NCBI GenBank assembly: GCA_026014665.1
Contig: JAOZHX010000025.1
Coordinates: 23,854 to 87,853 of the forward strand
From: Candidatus Bathyarchaeota archaeon
GTDB taxonomy: Archaea > Thermoproteota > Bathyarchaeia > Bathyarchaeales > Bathycorpusculaceae
Length of the DNA stretch: 64,000 nucleotides
Direction: 5' to 3'
Shown: one piece after another, positions 18,302 through 28,359 of the stretch
How the letters are laid out: each line of letters opens with the position of its first letter
Numbering within the stretch: position 1 is the first letter of the stretch
Notes under the pieces: generated by a model
Database searches by the model: none
Seen by the model: only the letters and a program-made list of their open reading frames with translations
Told to the model about the DNA's origin: nothing
Translations under genes and position numbers: made by a program

Positions 18302-19285
18302 TCAATAGATAGTTTGGTTACCAGTCAACAATTCGGTTGCCAAGGAGACGGCAACCGCCTGCGTTCGTTTGTTTCTCGACCTTTTCTCAGCGCTATTAGG
18401 ACTGAGTGTTAATTTGGGTTTAGCTTTTAAGCCAATCCAGTAATCGAAGGTGCCGTTTTGGGGTTTAAGCATGTAGCTTAAGCCTGCCCATGAAAAACGG
18501 TTTTTTGTGCTCTCCCAACCCCGAAAAAGCAATGCACCCCCGCGATTTTGTAGGCTAAAGGAGACGTGCCCTGTTTGGCTTAAAAGCCATGCTTGAGGGG
18601 CGGCAACTTGGTCCCAGGCGCCAATCCTGTTGCCCTCAAGGTTTAACCCGCTAATATCTATGTATTTTTTGAAAGTGCTCGATCCCTGTTCGTTTAACAG
18701 CAAAACCTCGCTGCATCCTCCTAAGGCTAAATTTGAAAGGTCGGCTTTAACGTAGATATTTGATGATTGGATGCGATAGGTCACTGTTATGCTTCCTCGT
18801 GGTTTCGTTCTGACAAATTCTGTTTTGATTCTTGCAAGTTGCCTCAGCTCCATGACCTTGTTGAGGAAGGGTGAGAAATTTTTTCTGTTCAGATAGAATT
18901 TGGAGAAAAATTTTCTGATGAAGCTGTAGAATCCGTCGTCTATGTAGCTACCGTTTGAGAGTTTTTTTCTGGAAATGGCATCTATAATGAAGGTTTTCTG
19001 TACCTCTGGCGTAGAGGCTGAGGTGTTTTTGGATAGCGTTGCGGTGGTGGAGAAGTAGGTTTTGTCTGTGTATTTGACGACAGGGACTCCGAAACCCATG
19101 CCTTCCTCGATCAGTTCTTGTCCATCCAACACTAAAATTAGACCCTTTTGTAGTTGTGCGGTTTCAAGGCATCGTGGACGGCAGTCGCTATAGACTCTGA
19201 TGGATAAGTGGTCGGATAGGCGCCGCGTAACTGTATCTACGGAAGTTTCGCGTGTGTTTGCTTGGATTTGATTCGAGTTGAGCAC
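18302..19285 (-). CDS. Conserved hypothetical beta-rich protein
   Basis: 327-aa ORF with normal composition (IEEGMGFGVPVVKY, RIGAWD, SWAGLSY); no family recognised. Confidence 0.7.
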   Translation of the reverse strand: MLNSNQIQANTRETSVDTVTRRLSDHLSIRVYSDCRPRCLETAQLQKGLILVLDGQELIEEGMGFGVPVVKYTDKTYFSTTATLSKNTSASTPEVQKTFIIDAISRKKLSNGSYIDDGFYSFIRKFFSKFYLNRKNFSPFLNKVMELRQLARIKTEFVRTKPRGSITVTYRIQSSNIYVKADLSNLALGGCSEVLLLNEQGSSTFKKYIDISGLNLEGNRIGAWDQVAAPQAWLLSQTGHVSFSLQNRGGALLFRGWESTKNRFSWAGLSYMLKPQNGTFDYWIGLKAKPKLTLSPNSAEKRSRNKRTQAVAVSLATELLTGNQTIY

Positions 19286-19395
19286 TTCCTTATCTAAAAC
19301 TTAGCTTTTAAACTACGGTGGATTGGTCAATATTTAATAGACAATAATTACTTACATTGAAGTGCTAGATAAACCATTACTTACTGGCAACATTT

Positions 19396-20595
19396 TTGGT
19401 AGGACGAGGAGTAAAACAGGTGATACTTCTAAATTACATTTGGGTTCTCTGGCTTTTGGGCATGCCGATTTACTTTACGCTGGCGTATGAAATACTAAAA
19501 TATAGGACCACGTTAATCAAGAAGACCTTTGTACCAATCAATCCCAAAAAGATGATTTTTCAGATAACTACGATTGGAAACATGAGTATTGTGCAGGAAT
19601 CAGTCAACAACATTAATCGAATATGCAGAGAAGTTGGATATAGCAACTATGAAGTGCTTGTGGTTTCAGAAGTTAAAGAAGCCTTTGATGGTGCAAAGAC
19701 TATAACTGTACCCAAAGAGTATAGCACGCCACATAAGGCCAAATACAAAACAAGGGCACTGCATTATGCTGTGGAATATAGAGAAAACTCGAGAGAAAAC
19801 ACCAAGGATGTGTGGATATATCACCTCGATGACGAATCAATGGTTACCAAGCAAGGTCTGCTCTCGGTTTTGGATCACATTGATAATAATCGAGAACCAA
19901 TAGCTGAGGGATTAATCACTTACCCAAATAAACTCGAGGTTGGGAGCAAGTTAGTAAAATACTTGGATGCTGTCAGACCTACATTTTGCTATTCTTGCTG
20001 TGCTATGTTAAAATCGAAGGGAAAACCCGACTGGCTGCATGGTTCAAACCTACTCGTAAGAGCAGACATAGAGAAGAGTATTGGCTGGGATTTCGCCAAC
20101 AGTTGCGCAGAAGACAGCCTGTTTGGTTACATCGCGCATAAGAGGTATGGAGGAATTTTTGGTTGGCATGGCGGGATTCTTGAAGAGCAATCGCCATTTA
20201 CATTTTCTGACTTTGTAAAGCAGCGTCAAAGATGGATTAGGGGAAATATTGAAAATTTGAGTAGATTGGGGGTATGGGAGAAGTTTAAAGGAGCATACAG
20301 GATGACTAGTTGGTTTTTAGGCGCGTTAAGTTCTTTTACATTAATACCAGCTTTGCTAATAAGGCAGTCGTATCCTTGGTTTCTCACGCCATTTTTTGTT
20401 TTTAACACAATTATTCTGTTCGGCATCTATCAAATAGGGTTAGGGATGAACTTTTCTAAAGTTAGTAAGAAACAAAGGATTGTTGAACATATCAAACTAT
20501 TTTTCGTATCGCCTCTACTTTGGTTTCTGGAAGGGGTTCCTATGGTGCTGTATTTTTTTAAGAGGGCATCAGAGTTTTACGTCATAAAGAAATGA
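19396..20595 (+). CDS. GT2 membrane glycosyltransferase, egghead/BRE-3-like
   Basis: KYKTRALHY, HLDDES (DxD), EDS, QRQRW motifs; N- and C-terminal TMs; AT-rich. Confidence 0.85.
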   Translation: MVGRGVKQVILLNYIWVLWLLGMPIYFTLAYEILKYRTTLIKKTFVPINPKKMIFQITTIGNMSIVQESVNNINRICREVGYSNYEVLVVSEVKEAFDGAKTITVPKEYSTPHKAKYKTRALHYAVEYRENSRENTKDVWIYHLDDESMVTKQGLLSVLDHIDNNREPIAEGLITYPNKLEVGSKLVKYLDAVRPTFCYSCCAMLKSKGKPDWLHGSNLLVRADIEKSIGWDFANSCAEDSLFGYIAHKRYGGIFGWHGGILEEQSPFTFSDFVKQRQRWIRGNIENLSRLGVWEKFKGAYRMTSWFLGALSSFTLIPALLIRQSYPWFLTPFFVFNTIILFGIYQIGLGMNFSKVSKKQRIVEHIKLFFVSPLLWFLEGVPMVLYFFKRASEFYVIKK

Positions 20596-20675
20596 TTTGA
20601 AAGATAACGATTGCCCAAAGCGTTTCAAGGTACGTAGTTAGGGTGCTTTTTTAAGCTTGAGTATCAATATGGCTG

Positions 20676-21659
20676 TTGATGATTAGAACGGCAGCCAACC
20701 GCAAAAATCTGTCCATCGTGTTAACGGCTATCTTAATTACAGCGGTAACAGTACCCTCGGTTTTCACAAGCGGCATGATTCGATCAGAATTGACCATAAA
20801 CACGTATGCAATCAAAAATTTAGCACCACACCCATCATCGCTTCCAACAAACGTTGCGGCAAACGGAAATACAGAAAACCCTAATGAAACTATCAAATAC
20901 GACCCCGCTACCGAATCCCTAATTGAAGCACCCTCTCCAACAGGCACCTCAACCCCACAATCCGCTACATACAACCCGCTTATGCAAAATTTCTACGGTA
21001 TGTTCCTCTCTGGAAAAGACAGCCATGATGCAACCGCAACACAGTTGGATTTTAGTGGTTTTAAATCGGTTCCGTTAGATACTCCAAAATTTATGACGTA
21101 CACATACGGCGGCTACCCCGTTGAGCAAAGCAGTTTGACCCAGTTTTTCTTTTCTTTTCCCAACTTCACCAACCAAGGTCAATTAGCTGGTTCAGACGCT
21201 GTAACCTTTGAAATGTACCCGATCAAAAAAATGGATTTTGATGCCATCTTCTTAACACCCAACTTTGGCGCTCTGGGATTTGACGAGATGGCAATTTTTG
21301 CTGCCTCAGACACAATGACCTATAAGGGAACAGAATTTGGCATAAGAATGGACCTTAAAAACAGCTTTATCTACGGCTACATCCAAGAGCCAGAAGGCAG
21401 CGTCGGCGAAGTAAATTTTCAGATGCAGAAGCTTATCCTAAACGATGGATTGATGCATCATTACACCTTGATTACGATGGGCCATTATGTTTTATTCTTA
21501 ATTGATGGCATAGGTTATGGTCGTTTAAGCTATCCCAGCGGCACAGGTTATTCTAATCTTAACTATTCGGTTTGCCTGGTTGTTCACCGATTCAGCGACG
21601 ACTGGGATTCTTCTAGCGATAACATGATAGTGGACAATTTCGTCCTCAACCAACACTAA
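20676..21659 (+). CDS. Secreted or membrane-tethered hypothetical protein, beta-sandwich (lectin-like?) C-terminus
   Basis: N-terminal hydrophobic helix, P/T/S linker, beta-rich domain. Confidence 0.7.
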   Translation: MMIRTAANRKNLSIVLTAILITAVTVPSVFTSGMIRSELTINTYAIKNLAPHPSSLPTNVAANGNTENPNETIKYDPATESLIEAPSPTGTSTPQSATYNPLMQNFYGMFLSGKDSHDATATQLDFSGFKSVPLDTPKFMTYTYGGYPVEQSSLTQFFFSFPNFTNQGQLAGSDAVTFEMYPIKKMDFDAIFLTPNFGALGFDEMAIFAASDTMTYKGTEFGIRMDLKNSFIYGYIQEPEGSVGEVNFQMQKLILNDGLMHHYTLITMGHYVLFLIDGIGYGRLSYPSGTGYSNLNYSVCLVVHRFSDDWDSSSDNMIVDNFVLNQH

Positions 21660-22176
21660 AAGCCGCAAAATCTGTTCAAAGATTGCAATTTTTTCTGTTT
21701 TTGAAATTCCTGCCCATACCGGAACTCTTAACATGCCTGCAAGCTGAAGCGTGAAAGGAATCAAAAACGAAACAAAAGATCTTTTGGAAGAATCAACAGT
21801 TAGAAAGTTGCTGGAATAACACGATGAAGAGCACAACTGTTGATGGGCGGGTTAGTCTTCTGGGGATTCCCGTGTTTCATAGAGGTTAGTTTTCGGCATT
21901 CTCCGCAAGATTTTTTCTTGATCAACCTGAGTGATGTCGTCAGTTTCAGCTTCTTTTCTGTCCCTCTCACTCATCTTTATTTTCGCTGTTTTCGATTTAG
22001 GTTCACACAACTGTTTCACCTCCAAAATAGAAAGCGCCTTGTCAAATCATAGGCAAGCACAAATCATAAGCATATGTGATTGCGGCTTTACAATCACAGT
22101 CTCAACCGCTAGAAACCTAGAAATTGCGAATAGTTTTTGTTTGCCTAAATCCCATACTACATTTAAGTGAAGCATC

Positions 22177-23061
22177 GTGCCGTTGATTTCCCGCTTTGAC
22201 CCTTGGCGTTCAGGCCTTTGCACGTGTCCACCCAAACTCACGTTTAACCCTTACACAGGATGTGATCATCAATGCATCTACTGCTATGCCACGAGCTATA
22301 TCCAGAATTTTGGCGATTGCCGCCCAAAAAAAGAGGCGCTTGCAACTCTTAGACGGGAAGCGATAAAACTCAGTGGCGAAACAGTCTCAATCTCAAACTC
22401 ATCTGACCCCTACCCCCATGTAGAAGCGTCAGTTGGTTTGACTCGCAGATGTCTTGAAATCTTGGCGGAAAACAACTGCAGAATCCAAATAATCACAAAA
22501 AGCAACCTTGTAACCCGCGACTACGACTTACTGAGCAAAATTCCCTCAACTGTAGCGTTAACCATAACGACCATCGACGACAACCTCGCCAAGGTTCTCG
22601 AGCCATATGCGCCACCCCCGTCCCAGCGCGTAAGAGCAGCCCAAGACTTAACTAAAGCAGGCATACCCGTCTCGGTGCGGATAGACCCAATAATTCCAAC
22701 GATCAACGATCAACCGCATAAACTCATAGCAGAATTGGCAAGCGTGGGAGTCAAACACATCACCGCTTCAACTTACAAGGCTAAAGTCGACAACTGGATG
22801 CGTCTTACCAAAGCATTGCCCCAAGTAGCAGAGAGGCTCAAACCGTTGTATTTCCAGCAGGGTGAACGGATAGGCGGCAGCATCTTATTACCTAAGGAGT
22901 TCCGCTATAAACTGCTCAAGAGCGTACGGGACTTGGCTCTATCAAGCGGCATGCGGTTTGGCGTTTGCCGCGAAGGCTTATCAGGACTGAATACAGCGCC
23001 CTGTGACGGGTCATGGCTTATGCCCAAAGCAAAGGAGGCCAAGCAATGCCAAATCGCGTAG
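22177..23061 (+). CDS. SplB-like radical SAM protein (COG1533, DNA-repair associated)
   Basis: NPYTGCDHQCIYCYA, SNSSDPYP, IITKS, RIDPIIP motifs. Confidence 0.85.
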   Translation: MPLISRFDPWRSGLCTCPPKLTFNPYTGCDHQCIYCYATSYIQNFGDCRPKKEALATLRREAIKLSGETVSISNSSDPYPHVEASVGLTRRCLEILAENNCRIQIITKSNLVTRDYDLLSKIPSTVALTITTIDDNLAKVLEPYAPPPSQRVRAAQDLTKAGIPVSVRIDPIIPTINDQPHKLIAELASVGVKHITASTYKAKVDNWMRLTKALPQVAERLKPLYFQQGERIGGSILLPKEFRYKLLKSVRDLALSSGMRFGVCREGLSGLNTAPCDGSWLMPKAKEAKQCQIA

Positions 23062-24155
23062 TCATGCTGGCTGATTTCGACTACTTCTTTGCTCAATGCG
23101 AAGAGCTTCGCCATCCCGAAATCAAAGATAAGCCTGTAGTAGTAGGAGTTTACTCAGGACGCACTGAGGAAAGCGGAGCAGTGAGCACAAGCAACTACGT
23201 TGCGCGCAAGTTCGGAGTCAAATCAGGCATGCCCCTGTTTCTGGCTAAACGTAAGCTGGAAGGAACAGACGCAATCTTCTTCCGTGTCGACCACCAATAC
23301 TACGACCAAGTCAGCAACCGCATAATGCAGATTTTTCGCACCTACGCTTCAAGCCTTGAACAGATAAGCGTGGATGAGGCTTATTTGGATGTAACCGAGC
23401 AGGTGGAGGGCAGCTTCGAGAAAGCGCGCGGGTACGCTCAGAAAATCAAGGCTGACGTGAGGGCGCAGGTTGGCATTTCCTTCTCAGTGGGAGTAGGACC
23501 AAACAAGCTGATTGCCAAAATTGCATGTGATAGCCAAAAACCCGATGGTCTAACAATCGTTAAGCCTGAGGAGGCTAAGGCGTTTCTCGCACCGCTTCCC
23601 GTAGACCGCCTCTTGGGCGTGGGCAAAAAAACCAGTGTTCGAATGGAGCAGATGGGCATAAAAACCATAGGTGACTTAGCCAAGTTTGACTGCCAAAGGC
23701 TCGTGGCGGTTTTCGGCAAAGCTTTAGGAGTATATTTTCATTATGCAGCCAACGCAGTCGATAACAGCCCAGTGCAGGAGCAAGGTGAAGCAGAATCCAT
23801 AAGCCGAATAGGCACGTTAAAACAGGACACACACGACTTAGAATTCATATTACAAAAAACAGACGAACTAACCGAAGGCGTCTACAGAGACCTTGTCCAA
23901 AGAGGCGTAAGTTTCAAGCAGGTTTCCATCTACGTCGTCAACGTTGACTTAAGCAGCAAAAGCCGTTCGGTGACGCTTGAGCAGCCTGCAAAAGATAAAG
24001 AAACCATTTCAAGAAACGTCAAAGCGCTCCTTGAGAAGTTTCTGTCGGAATCACCCTTGGAAATCCGCCGAGTCGGCGTGAAAATTTCGGGCTTTAGCAA
24101 AGAAGAGCCCAACCAAAAGCTGCTTACAAGCTTCTTTCAAAGTGGGCACTGTTAA
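23046..24155 (+). CDS. dinB: Y-family DNA polymerase IV
   Basis: ATG 23046 MPNRVVMLADFDYFFAQCE, SNYVARKFGVKSGMP, SVDEAYLD, little-finger RRVGV. Confidence 0.95.
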   Translation: MPNRVVMLADFDYFFAQCEELRHPEIKDKPVVVGVYSGRTEESGAVSTSNYVARKFGVKSGMPLFLAKRKLEGTDAIFFRVDHQYYDQVSNRIMQIFRTYASSLEQISVDEAYLDVTEQVEGSFEKARGYAQKIKADVRAQVGISFSVGVGPNKLIAKIACDSQKPDGLTIVKPEEAKAFLAPLPVDRLLGVGKKTSVRMEQMGIKTIGDLAKFDCQRLVAVFGKALGVYFHYAANAVDNSPVQEQGEAESISRIGTLKQDTHDLEFILQKTDELTEGVYRDLVQRGVSFKQVSIYVVNVDLSSKSRSVTLEQPAKDKETISRNVKALLEKFLSESPLEIRRVGVKISGFSKEEPNQKLLTSFFQSGHC

Positions 24156-24795
24156 GCAATCTTTTTCTTTCAGGATAAACAAGATTTTAGGTAGTGGTAT
24201 TTTGTCGTTTAAACCAGAAACAAGAAAGTTGCCGCCTGACCAAACAGTCATCGACCGCATTCTAAGCTGGGGCATTGATCATCCTGGGATAACCTCAACT
24301 AACCCACAACTAAAACTGGAAACCTATAAGTTAACCATCGGTGGCGAGGTTGAAAACCCAACGGTGTTAGGCTGGAACGACTTCATGAAGTTGCCGCGCA
24401 CTGTATCGGTCAGCGATTTTCACTGTGTGGAGGGCTGGAGCGTTTTAGACTGTAAATGGGAAGGAGTCCGTATAAGAGAAATCGAGAAGCTCGTAAAGCC
24501 TAAAGATGTGGCACGTGCCGTCACTTTTGAATCGGCTGATAACTATGTTACTTCGCTCTACCGTGAAGAACTTGCAGGCGACGACGTGCTTTTAGCCTAC
24601 AAACTAAACGATAAACCCTTAGAGGAAGGACTTGGCTACCCCATGCGCCTTGTAGTGCCCAACAAATACGCGTATAAGAGTGCATTGTGGGTGGTGCGTT
24701 TGCGTTTCACCCGAAACAAGGAGTTAGGGTTTTGGGAGCGATGTGGATACAGCGACAGCGCGGATGTTTGGCATAACGACCGTTTCAACCGTTAG
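24142..24795 (+). CDS. Molybdopterin-dependent oxidoreductase (sulfite oxidase/MsrP-like)
   Basis: DFHCVEGWS, GYPMRLVVPNKYAYKSALW, GFWERCGY motifs. Confidence 0.9.
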   Translation: MGTVKQSFSFRINKILGSGILSFKPETRKLPPDQTVIDRILSWGIDHPGITSTNPQLKLETYKLTIGGEVENPTVLGWNDFMKLPRTVSVSDFHCVEGWSVLDCKWEGVRIREIEKLVKPKDVARAVTFESADNYVTSLYREELAGDDVLLAYKLNDKPLEEGLGYPMRLVVPNKYAYKSALWVVRLRFTRNKELGFWERCGYSDSADVWHNDRFNR

Positions 24796-25114
24796 TGTGG
24801 AGAATAGTAAGGTTACTTGTTGCTGCTTGCACAATCAGAGCGCAACCCAAACCCAATCGTGAAGGAAAAGAGCAACGTTTTCTGCAATCGATTGGTTGGT
24901 GTTGTGCATGAAGGGGAAGTCGACAACAACATCTTTAGAAAAAATAAATAACCTGAAAAGAAGAGAGAGTTTTAACTCTTTTAGAATAAATAAATGGGTT
25001 ATACCTATTTTTTGTTTGTTTAATAATACAGAATGTAAACGTTTGTTCTGCAAGTGGGATAACGTTTATAAGCTTAAGGCAGTATTTGTGGGGCTCTTTA
25101 AGAGGTTAAAAAAT

Positions 25115-25246
25115 ATGTCTCAAAATAAAATAAAGCATCTTACAAACGCGGCAATCATAAGTGCTACTTTGGAAGCGGACAGCAAGATGCTAAAGCAAAA
25201 AAGAAAACAAGACGCCGAACCAGCACTCTACATAGACAGGATATAA
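25115..25246 (+). CDS. 43-aa hypothetical protein (short form of track ORF 24896-25246)
   Basis: TTTATA box at ~25065 and GAGGT SD upstream of ATG 25115. Confidence 0.4.
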   Translation: MSQNKIKHLTNAAIISATLEADSKMLKQKRKQDAEPALYIDRI

Positions 25247-25330
25247 ACACTCCAATTTGCGTTAAACAATCTCTTTCTGTGGTTGAATTCTTTTATACCC
25301 GAACTCTACGATTTTAACAATTAAGAGGGC

Positions 25331-25783
25331 ATGAATTTGAATTACACCGAAGCGCAACTCGGCAGAACCTTCATCCTCAGACTTCACCACAACGAACGCC
25401 TACACGAAACAATAGAAAAATTCGCAAACGAAAAACAAATCAAGAGTGCACTCTGCTTTTTCCTAGGCGGCGCCCAGGACAAAAGCAAAGTCGTCGTTGG
25501 ACCCAAAGACGGCAACACAATGCCACCCGAACCCATGGTGACGCTTCTAAAGGGCGTACATGAAGCTTGTGGAGTGGGCACAATCTTCACTGACGAAGCT
25601 GGAACACCCAAATTGCATATGCACTCAAGTTTTGGCAGAAACGACAACACCGTCACAGGCTGTGTACGGATGGGCGTTGACGTTTGGCAAATAGGCGAAA
25701 TCGTTATACTAGAATTGGCTAACTGTTCAGCTAAACGGACAAAAAACAAAGAAACAGGGTTTGAATTTCTAGAAACAAGTTAG
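25331..25783 (+). CDS. PPC/DUF296 domain protein
   Basis: GRTFILRL, FFLGG, EACGVGTI, PKLHMHSSFG motifs. Confidence 0.88.
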   Translation: MNLNYTEAQLGRTFILRLHHNERLHETIEKFANEKQIKSALCFFLGGAQDKSKVVVGPKDGNTMPPEPMVTLLKGVHEACGVGTIFTDEAGTPKLHMHSSFGRNDNTVTGCVRMGVDVWQIGEIVILELANCSAKRTKNKETGFEFLETS

Positions 25784-25786
25784 CCT

Positions 25787-27388
25787 TTAACCCAAGAAGC
25801 GCACCAGAAAGAGCCTGTAGCCCTTGTTGTTGGCGAAGGGACCAAAAAAGGGACGTTCATTTGGGTCATCGAATCTGCCTGTCGCGTAAATCTGTGTTTG
25901 GACCTCTAGGTAGTCTAAGGTTGTATTGTAGAATTTTTCGTGGGGTCCCCAATCGAAGAGAATAATATATTTCACATTACGCTCAACACATAGGTTGACG
26001 AATTCGTTAACGTCAAAATTTGGTGTGAAAGCGTCTACCGCTAAGGCTGGATACTGCCAGATTTGTTCTCTTGACATGTTAGCGGGCAAGTAGAAACGGA
26101 ACATATCCTGGTCTACGAGGTTAAAGGCACAAACCAAAACCGCTGATTGGTTTTCGTCAAGGTGCCCTGCTAAGTAATTAGTTGTTTCTTTGATGGGGAT
26201 GTGTATTTGATCTCGCGCCGTCATTTGGTATGCGTCGTAGCTGCTGTAAGCAATGGTTGACGCAATCAGAATTATGAAAAGGGCCGATGCAGCTTTCTTT
26301 AAGTTAGCAGCTTTAAACTCCAACTGCTGGGGCTTCCAACGCCTAACTTTACCGTAAAGAAACATGATAAAACATGCAGCTGAAACAGCTAAAATTGGAA
26401 ACAGCGGCGTAACGTAACGCCATTGTCTATTCGGAATTAAAGTAAAAAAAACGTAGACTGCAAGAAACCATGTTAAGAAGAACATGTCTTGTTTTTTTCT
26501 TCGGTAAGCAAATAACCCCAGTCCGCCTAACCCTAAGATAAAAATCGGCAGCGAAATTGGGTGAACGGCTATGTCGTTGAATGGCCAAGTCATCTCCACC
26601 AAATAGAACACGGGGATAGGTTGGAAACGGTTGCTGTAGGCCGGCCGATCCTGTCCGCCTTCGCTCATGACGTACTGGATAGTTTCGAACTTTTTGAGCC
26701 CATTGTAATGGTAAATCATCAAAAACCAAGGTGTGATGACCAAAACAACAATCAAAATTATGAGTAAGAACTTTTTTAATGGGATTTTTAGACGGCTCCT
26801 AAAGATAAATAAGATGCTTAGCAGCATGGCTAAGGCTGCAACGATAATCTGGTACTTTGAAAGGATACCTATCCCTAACGCTAATCCTGAAAAAACCAGT
26901 GTTTTGTTTGTGTCCTTGGTTATCCATAAGTAAAATGTAAACATCGACAACGTGAAGAAGAAGATAAGCATAGTTTCAAGCATCGTGACTCTGGAAAGCC
27001 AAAAAAAGCCTGGCATGGAAGCCAGCAAGATGCTTGCGATTAAGGCGTTTTTTTGTCCGTATGCTTTCTTGGTGATTTCAAACAGCAACCAAATAGCCAA
27101 AAGTGCAAAGGTAACGGCTACCATGCGTCCAGCAAATTCGTTTGTCCCAAAAATCTGGAAGTAAGCCGTGGTTACTAAATCAAAGATGGGCGGATAATAA
27201 CCGTAAGTTGTCATGTAGTCCCATGTTTGCATTCTGCTCAAAAGCAAGCCGCCGTAGAGATGGGGCATTTCATCCCATTGAACCGACATATAACCCAAGT
27301 TAAAGACCACTGCAGTGCCGAACCCAACAAGAATCGCAAGCAAAGCCACCCTTGGATGCTTCTCAATTAACGCCACAGCCGCCGTCAT
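25787..27388 (-). CDS. ArnT/PMT-family (GT-C) membrane glycosyltransferase
   Basis: QWDEMPH loop, YYPPIF, RVTMLETM, LSKYQ, RYVTPLFP and many TMs. Confidence 0.88.
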   Translation of the reverse strand: MTAAVALIEKHPRVALLAILVGFGTAVVFNLGYMSVQWDEMPHLYGGLLLSRMQTWDYMTTYGYYPPIFDLVTTAYFQIFGTNEFAGRMVAVTFALLAIWLLFEITKKAYGQKNALIASILLASMPGFFWLSRVTMLETMLIFFFTLSMFTFYLWITKDTNKTLVFSGLALGIGILSKYQIIVAALAMLLSILFIFRSRLKIPLKKFLLIILIVVLVITPWFLMIYHYNGLKKFETIQYVMSEGGQDRPAYSNRFQPIPVFYLVEMTWPFNDIAVHPISLPIFILGLGGLGLFAYRRKKQDMFFLTWFLAVYVFFTLIPNRQWRYVTPLFPILAVSAACFIMFLYGKVRRWKPQQLEFKAANLKKAASALFIILIASTIAYSSYDAYQMTARDQIHIPIKETTNYLAGHLDENQSAVLVCAFNLVDQDMFRFYLPANMSREQIWQYPALAVDAFTPNFDVNEFVNLCVERNVKYIILFDWGPHEKFYNTTLDYLEVQTQIYATGRFDDPNERPFFGPFANNKGYRLFLVRFLG

Positions 27389-27618
27389 GGCGTTTTCGAG
27401 CCGATGGGCTGTCTGATAAATACTGTATGGATGTTTTTCTTTGCTGTTAGGCGTTTTTTGTATAGGTAATGCCTCTCTTGGATGAGAATTAATGTTTGCA
27501 TCTAAAAAGCGTTTGCGATAGCTCGGAAAAAGCCAGCGTCAAAATGTTAATGGAGATGCACAAGTGATTTATGGTTTGGAAGCATTTGTTTGAGCGTTTG
27601 GAAAAGGTCGAAGAATAG

Positions 27619-28356
27619 TTGAAAAACTCCAAAGTCGCCAAGGAAATTTCAATTGTCTTGCCTGCCTACAATGAGGCATCTCAGATTGAACGGTGCTTGC
27701 TGGCAGTGGAAGAAGCTGTTAAATCCTTTTCCAGTTCATATGAAATCATCGTTTCCGAAGATGGAAGCACAGACGGCACGGATGCGCTTGTCTATGAAAT
27801 GGTAAAATCTAACTCAAACCTCGTTCTCTTGCATTCACCATCTCGGTTAGGGAAGGGCAAAGCAATCAAAAATGCGCTAGCTATCTCTAAAGGTGAACTC
27901 ATCACGTTCATGGATGTAGATTTGGCAACAGACCTCGCCTGTTTACCGAAGCTATTACAAGCTGCTAAAGAGAACGGGGGCATGGCGGTTGGCTCTAGGC
28001 ATGTAAAGGGCAGTCAGGTCCAACGTAGCCTTTTGCGAACCCTGTTTAGTTTAACTTACAACCTCTTCGTCAGGGTGCTGTTTATGGACGGCATACACGA
28101 CCACCAATGTGGCTTTAAAACCATGACCCGAAATGTTGCGTTGACAGTGTTAGATTGTTTGAAATCCGACGGCTACTTTTTTGATACGGAAATGATTGTT
28201 CGCTGCAAAAAGCTCGGTTTTCCAGTCGCCGAAGTAGCGGTCACATGGATCGAGCGAAACAAAGGTGGCTCAAAAGTAAACCCTGCTCGTGACGCTAAAA
28301 AAATATGTTTAGAGCTGCTGGCTTTTAGGCTTAATCTTACGAATGATTGCCCTTAA
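27619..28356 (+). CDS. Polyprenyl-phosphate glycosyltransferase (GT2, Alg5/DPM-like)
   Basis: VLPAYNE, EDGSTDGT, GKGKAI, MDVDL, DHQCGFK motifs. Confidence 0.9.
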   Translation: MKNSKVAKEISIVLPAYNEASQIERCLLAVEEAVKSFSSSYEIIVSEDGSTDGTDALVYEMVKSNSNLVLLHSPSRLGKGKAIKNALAISKGELITFMDVDLATDLACLPKLLQAAKENGGMAVGSRHVKGSQVQRSLLRTLFSLTYNLFVRVLFMDGIHDHQCGFKTMTRNVALTVLDCLKSDGYFFDTEMIVRCKKLGFPVAEVAVTWIERNKGGSKVNPARDAKKICLELLAFRLNLTNDCP

Positions 28357-28359
28357 AAG

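Noticed and set aside
21660-21990. Possible decayed minus-strand membrane-protein gene between the secreted protein and the radical SAM gene
   Set aside because: Short protein-like fragments occur in different frames, but no coherent homologous reading could be reconstructed.
24896-25114. N-terminal 73 codons of track ORF 24896-25246
   Set aside because: AT-rich promoter-like DNA containing a TATA box and SD that point to ATG 25115 instead.
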